Shown here piece after piece: positions 8,849 to 17,408 of a DNA stretch of 64,000 nt. Both the position numbers and the translations under genes were made by a program. The notes under the pieces were generated by a model. The model searched no databases. It worked only from the letters and a program-made list of their open reading frames with translations, and was not told the origin of the DNA. Source of the DNA: Actinomycetales bacterium. Its GTDB lineage: Bacteria; Actinomycetota; Actinomycetes; Actinomycetales; Microbacteriaceae. The stretch is from NCBI GenBank assembly GCA_038243605.1, contig JBBSQX010000011.1, positions 2,531 to 66,530 of the forward strand. Reading direction: 5' to 3'. Each line of letters opens with the position of its first letter. Within the stretch, counting starts at the first letter, position 1.

Positions 8849-10197
8849 GGTGTCACCACTCGAGGATCGAGCACGAAAATGCCATCGCTTGCGACCACAC
8901 CGGGTGTGATGAGCGCGATCTTGGATTTAGCAATGGGGGTGCCCCCGCTGTCTTGCGCCGTACTCTCGTAAAGGGCCCAAGACCCAAAGGGAAGCGCAAT
9001 GTTCATTGTTGAGCCGCCGGCAGCGAAGGTAGTCGAGAAGGTGTATTTTTTGGCGGTATCGCACCCCGGCTGCCCCTCCGCGAGGGCGACTGCTTGTGAA
9101 ATCGCGTAAACGTATTTTTTGCTCGAGGTACCTGTCACCTTTAGCGTACCCATGGGCACTGGAGTTGTTGCAGATGTTCCGCCCGGAAGGGTGAATGCTT
9201 TGGGTGACTTTGGGGAAACAGCGATCGGCGGGGTGGTCGTGTCGGGCCAGGCCGCTGGATTAACCGACGCACACGTTGAACCTAGTTCCGTACCAGGAAT
9301 AAATGTTCCAGCAACGACCTCATAACCGGCACTTGCAGCGTAGAGAATTTTGCTTCCCTGAAGGTTGGCGGCTGTTGGCACAATTGTTGTGTATCGCGAA
9401 ATGGTATTAATGAAGGTGGTGGTCAAGTTATTCGGGAGTGTGAGCTGAGGAGTTGTGCCGTCATTCGATGCATAGCTCATGACGTAGGTGCCGCGCTTGT
9501 CGTATTGAAAACCGAACTGCGCTGACGCTCCCGCCTTGACGTCTAACGTAACCTCTGGATTCTCGACCTGATCAATATCCATGTTGTTGGAGCCCAGAAG
9601 CTTTACGGTGTACATTCCCGGCGTGACCGAGAGAAGGAAACTGCACCCATCCGCGTTCGTCGGCGTAGTCACAAGAGCATCTCCGGTGGCGGGTTTCGCT
9701 GTGAAAGACACCCCAGCGTTGCCGAGACCGGATGCATTTTTCACCGAGACGAGAATTGTGCCTAGATCGGGATTGTTGATTCTGGTGGTGGGGACAATGG
9801 CAGTGTCTGCTTTGACAGCCGCACTGTCGCTCAACCCGTTCCAGCTCACGCTTACACTCACGGTCTTGTATTGAAGAGCCGCTCCACCACTTCCGCACGT
9901 TTCCGCGGTGCCACCAGGCGTCACCCAGACTGCCTTGCGAGAAATCGAGTAGGTCGTGTTGTCGACCGTGATCGTGCGGTCAACATTAAGAATCTTAAAC
10001 GGATCTCCGATCGCGCGCGCCGCGTCCAGCTCCGAACTTGCGAGGCTGACGGCGGTCTCACGACTCTGACTATCCCGCGTCATCTTCAGAATATTGATGA
10101 GGGAGTAACCGATTCCCACGACCAGCATGGCGAAGATCATCATGGCAACGAGAACTTCGACGAGAGAGAGGCCGTCTTCAGACGAACGCTTTTTCAT
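8845..10197 (-). CDS. Large minor pilin (prepilin-type N-terminus, about 420-aa C-terminal domain)
   Basis: MKKRSSEDG | LSLVEVLVAMMIFAMLVVG with Glu at +5. ATG at 10195-10197 checked. The ORF-track start at 10233 would add 12 residues. Confidence 0.8.
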   Translation of the reverse strand: MKKRSSEDGLSLVEVLVAMMIFAMLVVGIGYSLINILKMTRDSQSRETAVSLASSELDAARAIGDPFKILNVDRTITVDNTTYSISRKAVWVTPGGTAETCGSGGAALQYKTVSVSVSWNGLSDSAAVKADTAIVPTTRINNPDLGTILVSVKNASGLGNAGVSFTAKPATGDALVTTPTNADGCSFLLSVTPGMYTVKLLGSNNMDIDQVENPEVTLDVKAGASAQFGFQYDKRGTYVMSYASNDGTTPQLTLPNNLTTTFINTISRYTTIVPTAANLQGSKILYAASAGYEVVAGTFIPGTELGSTCASVNPAAWPDTTTPPIAVSPKSPKAFTLPGGTSATTPVPMGTLKVTGTSSKKYVYAISQAVALAEGQPGCDTAKKYTFSTTFAAGGSTMNIALPFGSWALYESTAQDSGGTPIAKSKIALITPGVVASDGIFVLDPRVVTP

Positions 10198-10277
10198 AGC
10201 AATCAAGCATTTGTGCATTTCAACCTCTCCCAAGGTCGTGATGAAAATTCAAGAATATTAGGTGGTTAACCCTTCAC

Positions 10278-10310
10278 AGCGGTGAGGCTCAGAATTCGAA
10301 CCTCACCGCT
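10278..10310 (-). terminator. Perfect 10-bp hairpin 23 nt after the pilA stop (intra-operonic terminator/attenuator)
   Basis: AGCGGTGAGG (10278-10287) / CCTCACCGCT (10301-10310) with a 13-nt loop. There is no clear U-tract. Confidence 0.55.
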
Positions 10311-10332
10311 ATGAGCTGTTAGAGAGTTGCGG

Positions 10333-10821
10333 TTATGAACAAGCCAGAACTGCCGGGGTCGCGGGAGTCCCTGTACCAGCGGCAGCAACCTTGGCAGGAG
10401 CAGTGTTGTCACGCACGACCCACTGATTTTCGTTCGTGGCAGTTGCCTGAATGCAGAAATGCTTTGCGGTGAGGTTCGTAGCAGCGGTAGTGCCATCTTC
10501 AGCCGTGAATGAAATTACTGGCTTCGTGTTGTAGTTGGCTCCATCAATTGAGACGGTGGTTTTCATAGCTTCGACTGTCGCCGGGAGTTTTCCGTTGTTC
10601 TGAGTCTGGAACGCGACAGCGGCCGTCTTGAGGCTCGTCAGGTCGGCGCTGACTGCGCTGTCCTTTGCACTATTCTGCACATTCAGGAAGACCGGAATGG
10701 CGATCGCGGCGAGAATGCCAATAATGATGACGACAACCAGAAGCTCGATGAGGGTGAAGCCCTCTTCGCGCTTGATGCCTGCACGGCGGTCGTTCAGCGC
10801 TTTGTTAACTCGTAGAAACAT
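10333..10821 (-). CDS. pilA: Type IV major pilin
   Basis: [21 protein letters not shown] | [24 protein letters not shown] is a canonical class III signal with Glu5. A C-terminal Cys pair (HFC...LAC) is present. AGGAAAG sits ahead of the ATG. Confidence 0.9.
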   Translation of the reverse strand: MFLRVNKALNDRRAGIKREEGFTLIELLVVVIIIGILAAIAIPVFLNVQNSAKDSAVSADLTSLKTAAVAFQTQNNGKLPATVEAMKTTVSIDGANYNTKPVISFTAEDGTTAATNLTAKHFCIQATATNENQWVVRDNTAPAKVAAAGTGTPATPAVLACS

Positions 10822-10979
10822 TTTTACTTTCCTGTCTGTAAGTGATGAACATGAACAGGGCCCCCAGTTTTACTTGACCCCCACCCATCATGTTGGCCCT
10901 GAAAATCAGAACCCGTAATCCCACAAAGGGGGCACATCCGGGATATTTGTGACCCCAGTTGTAGGCACGCTTTCAGCAG

Positions 10980-12209
10980 TCATTTGATGAGCGTAAAGAT
11001 ATTGAAGATCGGCAAGTACAAGGCAACGATCATGCCGCCGACCACAATGCCCAGGAACGCGATCATGAGTGGCTCAATCATCGCGGTGAGCTGCTCCGTA
11101 GCCGACTGCACCTCTTCGTCGTAGAAGTCAGCAATCTTCGCGAGCATCTGCTCGAGCGCTCCGGCATCTTCACCCACAGAAATCATTTGCGTGACCATGG
11201 AAGGGAATACCTTCTCTTCGCTGAGCGGGCCGGCAACTGTCTTACCTTGCCGCACGGACTCCGCAACCTTGCGCAGCGCCTCCTCCATGACCCAGTTACC
11301 TGCAGTGTCACCCACGATGGAAAGCACTTGGAGGATCGGCACACCGGCCGCCATCATGCTGGAAAAATTGCGGGCGAAGCGGGCAATGGCGATCTTCCGG
11401 AACAATTGACCAAACACCGGGATGCGTAGCTTCAGTGGATCAACAACCTTGCGAACGCGTTCCGTGTTCTTATTCTTCTGCCACCAGATGGAGAAGACAA
11501 TGCTGATGATGGCCAGTAGTGGAACAAACCACCACATGATGCTCGAAAGCCACACAAGAATCTGAGTGGGCAACGGCAGGGTACCCCCAAAGTTCTCGAA
11601 CATCTTCTGGAAAATGGGCACGATGAAGATGAGCATTGCGATCACCGCGACGATCGCCATGATGAACACAATCACCGGATACGTCATCGCCGACTTGATC
11701 GTGCCGCGCAGCTTGACCTCAGCCTCGAAGTTCCGCGCCACCGACATCAACGCCTCATCAAGGAATCCGCCAGTTTCACCCGCGCGAATAAGGCTGATCA
11801 TGATGGGAGGAAAGACCGTTGAGTGCTTTCCCGTTGCCTCTGAAAGAGAAGAGCCAGACTCAACCTCACGCGTGATGGTGGTGAGGATGCGTTTGAGTTC
11901 CTTGTTTTCCGTCTGCTCAGTGAGAATCGTGAGCGTACGCAGCAAAGACAAACCCGACGTAATCATGGTTGCCATCTGTCGGCTCATGATTGCCAAATCC
12001 TTCAAGCCAACTTTTGCCTTAAAAGCTCCCAGGTTAATATCCATCTGGAGTCCGGTACCACCGGTCGCCTCTTGGATCGAGAGTGGCGAAATGCCCATCG
12101 CGCGCAGGCGGGCAGAAACCGCGCCCTCAGACATCGCGTCAATGCGACCCTTGACGACCTTGCCTTCGGTGTCGCGGCCCTTGTAGGCAAAAGTTGCTGT
12201 TGTTGCCAC
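10980..12209 (-). CDS. pilC: Type IV pilus platform protein PilC (GspF family)
   Basis: Duplicated GspF-type domains (...LSRQMATMITSGLSLLRTL..., ...FSSMMAAGVPILQVL...). The GTG at 12207-12209 lies 1 nt after the pilT stop. The 24-aa extension in the ORF track is rejected. Confidence 0.93.
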   Translation of the reverse strand: MATTATFAYKGRDTEGKVVKGRIDAMSEGAVSARLRAMGISPLSIQEATGGTGLQMDINLGAFKAKVGLKDLAIMSRQMATMITSGLSLLRTLTILTEQTENKELKRILTTITREVESGSSLSEATGKHSTVFPPIMISLIRAGETGGFLDEALMSVARNFEAEVKLRGTIKSAMTYPVIVFIMAIVAVIAMLIFIVPIFQKMFENFGGTLPLPTQILVWLSSIMWWFVPLLAIISIVFSIWWQKNKNTERVRKVVDPLKLRIPVFGQLFRKIAIARFARNFSSMMAAGVPILQVLSIVGDTAGNWVMEEALRKVAESVRQGKTVAGPLSEEKVFPSMVTQMISVGEDAGALEQMLAKIADFYDEEVQSATEQLTAMIEPLMIAFLGIVVGGMIVALYLPIFNIFTLIK

Positions 12210-12210
12210 T

Positions 12211-14019
12211 TCAGTGCGCCCTATTCGAGGCGAATTCGTCTCCGAAGTCGGGGCCAGCAGACATCTGGTTTGAGCCGCCACCAGGGTCGGCGCGGTGAAT
12301 AAGTCGCTTCATACCCTCGATGTCGTGCGCCTTCTCCATCGCCGCAGCGTGGGTGATTTTTCCCTTGTCCACAAGTTCTGCGAGATGCTGATCCATGGTG
12401 AACATTCCGAGCTCGCGGCCGGCCTGAAGCGCGGTAGGAATCTGGTACGTCTTGCCCTCACGAATGAGGTTGGCAATAGCTGGGGTGATGACCATGACCT
12501 CGGTGGCCACGACGCGGCCTTGGCCACTGGCCCTCTTGACCAGCGTCTGGCACACAACCCCTTGAAGAGTCGCGGCGAGTTGCGCCCTCACCTGATCCTG
12601 TTGGAACGGTGGGAACACGTCGATCACGCGGTCAATGGTCTGTGCCGCATCTTGCGTGTGCAGTGTCGCGAAGACGAGGTGGCCCGTTTCTGCTGCGGTC
12701 AGTGCGACAGAGATGGTCTCGAGGTCACGAAGCTCACCGATGAGGATGACGTCGGGGTCCTGACGCAGTACGTGCTTGAGCGCCTCACCAAAGCTGTGAG
12801 TGTCGGCGCCAACTTCACGCTGGTTGATGAGCGAACGCTTGTTGCCGTGCATGAACTCGATCGGGTCCTCAACCGTGACAATGTGGTCGGTGCGCGTGCG
12901 GTTCACCAAGTCAATGAGCGCGGCAAGCGTTGTCGACTTACCTGAACCCGTTGGCCCGGTGACAAGAACCAAACCTCTGGCCAACTCGGCGAATCTCGCC
13001 ACCGTGTCGGGAACACCCAAGCTTTCGAGCGGCTTAATTTCTGTCGGAATGAGACGGAACGCGCCACCCACCGCATCACGCTGCTGGTAGAAGTTCACCC
13101 GGAATCGGGCACTCTCTGACACAGCAAACGCGAAGTCAAGCTCTAGATCCTTCTCGAACTTTTCGCGCTGCGGCTCGGACAGGATGCTGTAAAGAGCCTT
13201 GGTCACGCGGTCGCGATCCCACACCTGGGAACCGGCCAGCGGAGTGAGCGCACCATCGACGCGAAGCATGGGTGGCGCGTTGGACGTCACGTGAAGGTCA
13301 GAAGCTGTGAGCCTCACCACCTCCTGCAGCGCGTTAATGAGGTCGGGGTCAGCCCCCGGATGCGGGTTGAAACCAGCGTTCACGCGCCCGAGAGGATCAA
13401 GATCCTCAGCCAACGGAGCGCCAACGGGTGGCGCCATTGGCGGAACGGATGGTGTCACGGAAGGGAGCGCCTGTGTCACCGGAGCAGAAGCTGGAGGCGG
13501 CATGGTAGGCGGAGCAGCCGCCATCGGTGCGGTCATGGGTGGAGCCATCGGCGGCGCCATGGTCGACGCGGATGGCATCGTAGGCGGAGTCACCATCGTC
13601 GGAACTGCCATTGTTGGAGCCACCATTGTTGGAGCCACCATCGTCGGAGCGGCCATCGTCGGCGCAGCCATCGGTGCAGCCATCGGTGCAGCCATCGGAG
13701 CAGCCATTGTTGGTGCCGCCATCATCGGAGCCGCAGCCATCGGCGCGTTCCCCGGAGCAGACATGGGCGGCGGCATGGGTGGCAACGGTGCCGACACTGG
13801 TGGCGGTGGCATCTGACCCGCATCATCAAAAGACAGTGATGCCGCAGCTTGAGGCGATGGCGCGCCCGGTGCCGCTGGTGGCGGAGCAGATTGATTTGGC
13901 GTCTGCGCCGGAGGTGGCATCGTCATCCCCGGCGTCGACTGCGGAGCACCCATAGGCGCTGCCGGACGAATTCCTTCGCCCTCCCCAAAGACTGGAATTT
14001 CGTGTACTTGCTTGCTCAT
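12211..14019 (-). CDS. pilT: PilT-type retraction ATPase with a ~200-aa Pro/Ala/Met-rich N-terminal extension
   Basis: Core: DLHVTSNAPPMLRVDG..., Walker A GPTGSGKSTT, VEDPIEF, LRQDPDVILIGE. The ATG at 14019 is preceded by GAGGGGG 6 nt upstream and lies only 31 nt after pilB. Confidence 0.9.
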   Translation of the reverse strand: MSKQVHEIPVFGEGEGIRPAAPMGAPQSTPGMTMPPPAQTPNQSAPPPAAPGAPSPQAAASLSFDDAGQMPPPPVSAPLPPMPPPMSAPGNAPMAAAPMMAAPTMAAPMAAPMAAPMAAPTMAAPTMVAPTMVAPTMAVPTMVTPPTMPSASTMAPPMAPPMTAPMAAAPPTMPPPASAPVTQALPSVTPSVPPMAPPVGAPLAEDLDPLGRVNAGFNPHPGADPDLINALQEVVRLTASDLHVTSNAPPMLRVDGALTPLAGSQVWDRDRVTKALYSILSEPQREKFEKDLELDFAFAVSESARFRVNFYQQRDAVGGAFRLIPTEIKPLESLGVPDTVARFAELARGLVLVTGPTGSGKSTTLAALIDLVNRTRTDHIVTVEDPIEFMHGNKRSLINQREVGADTHSFGEALKHVLRQDPDVILIGELRDLETISVALTAAETGHLVFATLHTQDAAQTIDRVIDVFPPFQQDQVRAQLAATLQGVVCQTLVKRASGQGRVVATEVMVITPAIANLIREGKTYQIPTALQAGRELGMFTMDQHLAELVDKGKITHAAAMEKAHDIEGMKRLIHRADPGGGSNQMSAGPDFGDEFASNRAH

Positions 14020-14050
14020 CAGGTTCCCCCTCAGGACCTAGTCGCCCGAA

Positions 14051-15721
14051 TTAGGCGACAACCCGCAAAATCTCTTCGATCGATGTGAGACCCATTTGGG
14101 CCTTCATCCATCCATCCATGCGCAATGGAATCATTCCCTGCTGCTGCGCAAGACGCGAAACGTCGGCAGCTGAGGCTCGCTCCACCGCAAGACGCTCAAT
14201 CTCTTCCGTCACCGTCATGACCTCGTGGATCGCGATACGGCCACGGTAGCCAGTGCCGGAACAGGTCTGGCACCCAATCGGCTTAAACAGAGTGGGAAGC
14301 GGCTGGCTCGGGTCGAACCCGATACGCAAGTGCATGAGCTCAGCCTGACTCGGCTGGTACGCCTCTTTACACCGGTCGCACAGACGACGCGCAAGCCGCT
14401 GAGCGACAACACTGTCGAGAGCGGAGCCGACCAGAAATGGCTCGATCTCCATCTCGGTGAGTCGAACGATAGCGCTTGGCGCATCGTTGGTGTGCAACGT
14501 GGAGAGCACAAGGTGGCCGGTCAGTGATGCTTCAACGGCAATCTGCGCCGTCTCGTGGTCACGGATCTCACCAATCAGCACCACATCCGGGTCAGAACGA
14601 AGAATCGACCGCAGCGCACTGGCAAACGTGAGCCCCGCCTTCGGGTTCACCTGCACCTGGTTGATACCGGGCATGCGGAACTCGACCGGGTCTTCAACCG
14701 TAATGACGTTGATCTCTGGCTTGGCCACCGCGTGCAGTGTCGTGTACAGCGTTGTCGACTTACCCGAACCTGTCGGGCCTGTCACCAGAATCATTCCGTA
14801 CGGCTTGATGAACGACTGCTGGTATGCCGACATGTTGTAGTCGAGCATCGCGAGGTCATTGAGCGACATGCTCGACTGTGAGTTATCGAGAATACGCATG
14901 ACGACTTTCTCGCCCCACACGGTCGGCAGCGTTGCCACACGAAGGTCAATCTTTCGACCACCGTGGCTCACCGACATGCGGCCATCCTGAGGCTTACGAC
15001 GCTCGGCAATGTCAATGTCACTCATGATCTTCAGCCGGGAAATAACACCGTTCTGAATGGCCTTCGGCGCCTGCTGCATCTCGTGCAACACACCGTCAAT
15101 GCGGTAGCGCACATTCAGCTGGCGCTCGGCCGGTTCGATGTGGATGTCAGACGCACGGTCCTGGATGGCCTGGCTGATGAGCAAGTTCACGAACCGAACA
15201 ATCGGTGCATCATCTTGCGAGGCCTCCTGCTGCCCCGAGAGAGCGAGGTCAGTTCCGGCACTCTCTTCTTCAAGCTCGTTTGTGAGGTCACTGAGCTCAC
15301 CATCGGCACGATGGAAGCGATCGATCGCACTGAGTAGGTCGCTGCGCTCGGCAACGACCAGGTGAATCTGCAATCGCGTCGCCGCGCGCACATCGTCAAT
15401 AGCAAAGACGTTGCCAGGATCAACCATGGCGAGAGTTAGGGAGTCCCCGCTCATGGCGATTGGCAACACTTCATGACGACGGCACAGCGAAGCTGCGACG
15501 AGAGATACTGCAGTGCGATCGACCGGGTATTCCAGCAGTTCCACGAACGGCAGGCCCGCCTGGGCCGCACGCGCAGAAGCCACCTGAGCTTCGGTGAGAA
15601 CTCCCTGCTCAATCAAGGCGCGAACCGAAGTTTCTTCCTCGCCCCAACCGCCAGGCATGCTGTCTAGACTCTCGATCGGCATAACGCCACGCAGAATCAG
15701 AATTTCAGTCAATGAAGCCAC
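14051..15721 (-). CDS. pilB: Type IV pilus assembly ATPase PilB (GspE family)
   Basis: T2SSE N-terminal domain, Walker A GPTGSGKSTT, VEDPVEF, Zn tetracysteine CDRC...CQTCSGTGYRGR. GTG start preceded by GGGGGAAG. Confidence 0.95.
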   Translation of the reverse strand: MASLTEILILRGVMPIESLDSMPGGWGEEETSVRALIEQGVLTEAQVASARAAQAGLPFVELLEYPVDRTAVSLVAASLCRRHEVLPIAMSGDSLTLAMVDPGNVFAIDDVRAATRLQIHLVVAERSDLLSAIDRFHRADGELSDLTNELEEESAGTDLALSGQQEASQDDAPIVRFVNLLISQAIQDRASDIHIEPAERQLNVRYRIDGVLHEMQQAPKAIQNGVISRLKIMSDIDIAERRKPQDGRMSVSHGGRKIDLRVATLPTVWGEKVVMRILDNSQSSMSLNDLAMLDYNMSAYQQSFIKPYGMILVTGPTGSGKSTTLYTTLHAVAKPEINVITVEDPVEFRMPGINQVQVNPKAGLTFASALRSILRSDPDVVLIGEIRDHETAQIAVEASLTGHLVLSTLHTNDAPSAIVRLTEMEIEPFLVGSALDSVVAQRLARRLCDRCKEAYQPSQAELMHLRIGFDPSQPLPTLFKPIGCQTCSGTGYRGRIAIHEVMTVTEEIERLAVERASAADVSRLAQQQGMIPLRMDGWMKAQMGLTSIEEILRVVA

Positions 15722-15867
15722 GGAACTTCCCCCTAAAGTTGTTCCCCCAACGACGCGACCATTACCTCGGGTACGAGAAAAGCCATCGCGTCGAATGGCA
15801 AATCTAACTCGTTCGTGTCGTTACACGCCATACCCGCTATCGGGGGGTATAGGGAGCCATGAGCTGG

Positions 15868-16578
15868 CTAAAAGGACCGAAGCACCGCGAAACCGATCGC
15901 CACGAGGCCCACAACGGAGACCACGCAGGCGAGCGCAAATCCGACGACAGCGATGACCCCGAAGCGCCGGGATGACTTTCGAACGGAGGGCACAGCGTCG
16001 GCCGGTGGCCTCGTGATCACCGCGCTCTGTTCCAAACGAGGAGTCGCTTCTGGCTGAACGGGGAGCTCCCGGGGCGCGTAGTTCTCCACCGCACCAGGCC
16101 CGGAAGCAAGGACTGCCTTCTCTGCGAACCCCGCCTCGACCGGAGGCAAGTTGATGCGCTGCCGCCCTCTGGGCCCGCGATTGGATGGCGTCTTGGGCTT
16201 AGCCCTCTTGCCGACCACCACGGTGGCATCGCCATCCGCTGGCTTACGCTTCACAGCCCGTTCGACGACTACGGTTCGTTCACCTTCATCACGGTCCACC
16301 ACGACGGTGCGTTCATTGTCGTCACGGTCAACAACCACAGTGCGATCGCTGTCACCTCGGTCGACGACGACAGTGCGTTCACTGTCGGCATTGCCTCGGT
16401 CGACGACGACAGTGCGGTCACTCTCGGCATTGCCTCGGTCGACGACGACAGTGCGGTCACTCTCACCGCGATCGACCACAACAGTGGCCTCGCTCAAGGA
16501 ATCGTCGTCTTCGCCGGCTCCAGGGCCTGGCTCTGCGGAGTCACCATGTGCGCGGTGTGACGGCTCACCCATGGTCAC
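15868..16578 (-). CDS. Tail-anchored protein carrying eight (D/E)x-TVVV-(D/E)R motifs
   Basis: 236-aa ORF with an acidic N-terminal half carrying TVVV at residues 32, 43, 56, 69, 80, 91, 102 and 119 (hand count). A basic linker follows, then a C-terminal TM (FGVIAVVGFALACVVSVVGLVAIGFAVL). Start overlaps the PP2C stop (16575-16578). Confidence 0.7.
   Translation of the reverse strand: MTMGEPSHRAHGDSAEPGPGAGEDDDSLSEATVVVDRGESDRTVVVDRGNAESDRTVVVDRGNADSERTVVVDRGDSDRTVVVDRDDNERTVVVDRDEGERTVVVERAVKRKPADGDATVVVGKRAKPKTPSNRGPRGRQRINLPPVEAGFAEKAVLASGPGAVENYAPRELPVQPEATPRLEQSAVITRPPADAVPSVRKSSRRFGVIAVVGFALACVVSVVGLVAIGFAVLRSF
16210..16491 (-). repeat. In-frame 33/39-bp tandem repeats encoding the TVVV array
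   Basis: Repeated ...cgatcgaccacaac / cggtcgacgacgacagtgcg... units, with periods of 11, 13, 13, 11, 11, 11 and 17 codons. Confidence 0.8.
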
Positions 16579-17408
16579 AGCTCGACCGTTGCGTCGTTCT
16601 TGCCCGTGTCGTACGCACCATGCGAGAGCAGTCCAGAACCCGTCATGTTGTCACTACTCGGATCGCCCCCACCCGAAATAACATCGATCACGATCACCGA
16701 AATGTTGTCGCGCCCGCCCGCCTCATTGGCGCGTTGCACCAGCGTGGAAGCCACCGACTCTGGGCGGCCACCCATCGTGAGTGTCGCCCGGATGCCTTCA
16801 TCGACGAGTTCAGAAGTGAGCCCATCTGAACAGATGAGAAGACGCTCGCCATTGATCACGGGAACAACCCAACTATCGGCAGTGCTGTCGGCGGCACCAA
16901 TCGCGCGCGTGATCACATTTCGGTCGGGGAAGGTGGCGAGATCTTCTTGCAACATCTCGCCAGCATCCACAAGCTCCTGTCCAAGCGAGTGATCGATAGT
17001 GAGCTGTTCAAGCTCGGTTCCCACGTGGCGGTACACGCGGGAGTCGCCCACATTGAAGATCAGCCAGCACGGTGCACCCTCATGCTCAATGAGAATTGCC
17101 CCGGCCACCGTGCTGCCAGCACCCCGAGTCGTCTCCGCCGCGACAGCCGCAACTTTTGCGTCAGCAGCGACAAGAGCATTTCGGATGCCCAGCAACGTTG
17201 CAAAGCCCTCCACCACCGTGTTCTCCTGGAATGCGGATATCACCGCCGCGCTTGCGCGGTCGCCAGCCTCATAACCGCCCATGCCGTCGGCAACAACGAA
17301 AACCGGAGACTCCACGAGAAAAGAGTCCTCGTTGACTTTGCGCTTGCGGCCGGTGTCACTGAGCCCCGCCACAACGAGTTTTACGCGACCGATGGTGAGT
17401 TCCGTCAT
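16575..17408 (-). CDS. PP2C-family Ser/Thr protein phosphatase
   Basis: GLSDTGRKRKVNEDSF, VADGMGG, ICSDGLT, GGRDNISVIV. 4-nt overlaps on both sides. Confidence 0.92.
   Translation of the reverse strand: MTELTIGRVKLVVAGLSDTGRKRKVNEDSFLVESPVFVVADGMGGYEAGDRASAAVISAFQENTVVEGFATLLGIRNALVAADAKVAAVAAETTRGAGSTVAGAILIEHEGAPCWLIFNVGDSRVYRHVGTELEQLTIDHSLGQELVDAGEMLQEDLATFPDRNVITRAIGAADSTADSWVVPVINGERLLICSDGLTSELVDEGIRATLTMGGRPESVASTLVQRANEAGGRDNISVIVIDVISGGGDPSSDNMTGSGLLSHGAYDTGKNDATVEL

Noticed and set aside
13291-13955. Three long plus-strand ORFs (114-182 aa) opposite the pilT 5' region
   Set aside because: They are created by the low-complexity GC-rich repeat, so all frames are open. The minus-strand frame is continuous with the PilT core and has an SD-preceded ATG 31 nt after pilB.
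15828-15853. Hairpin ATACCC...GGGTAT after the TVVV-repeat gene as a terminator separating it from pilB
   Set aside because: It has only 6 clean base pairs, a 9-nt loop and no U-tract, which is too weak to call. The 146-nt spacer may still hold the pilB promoter.
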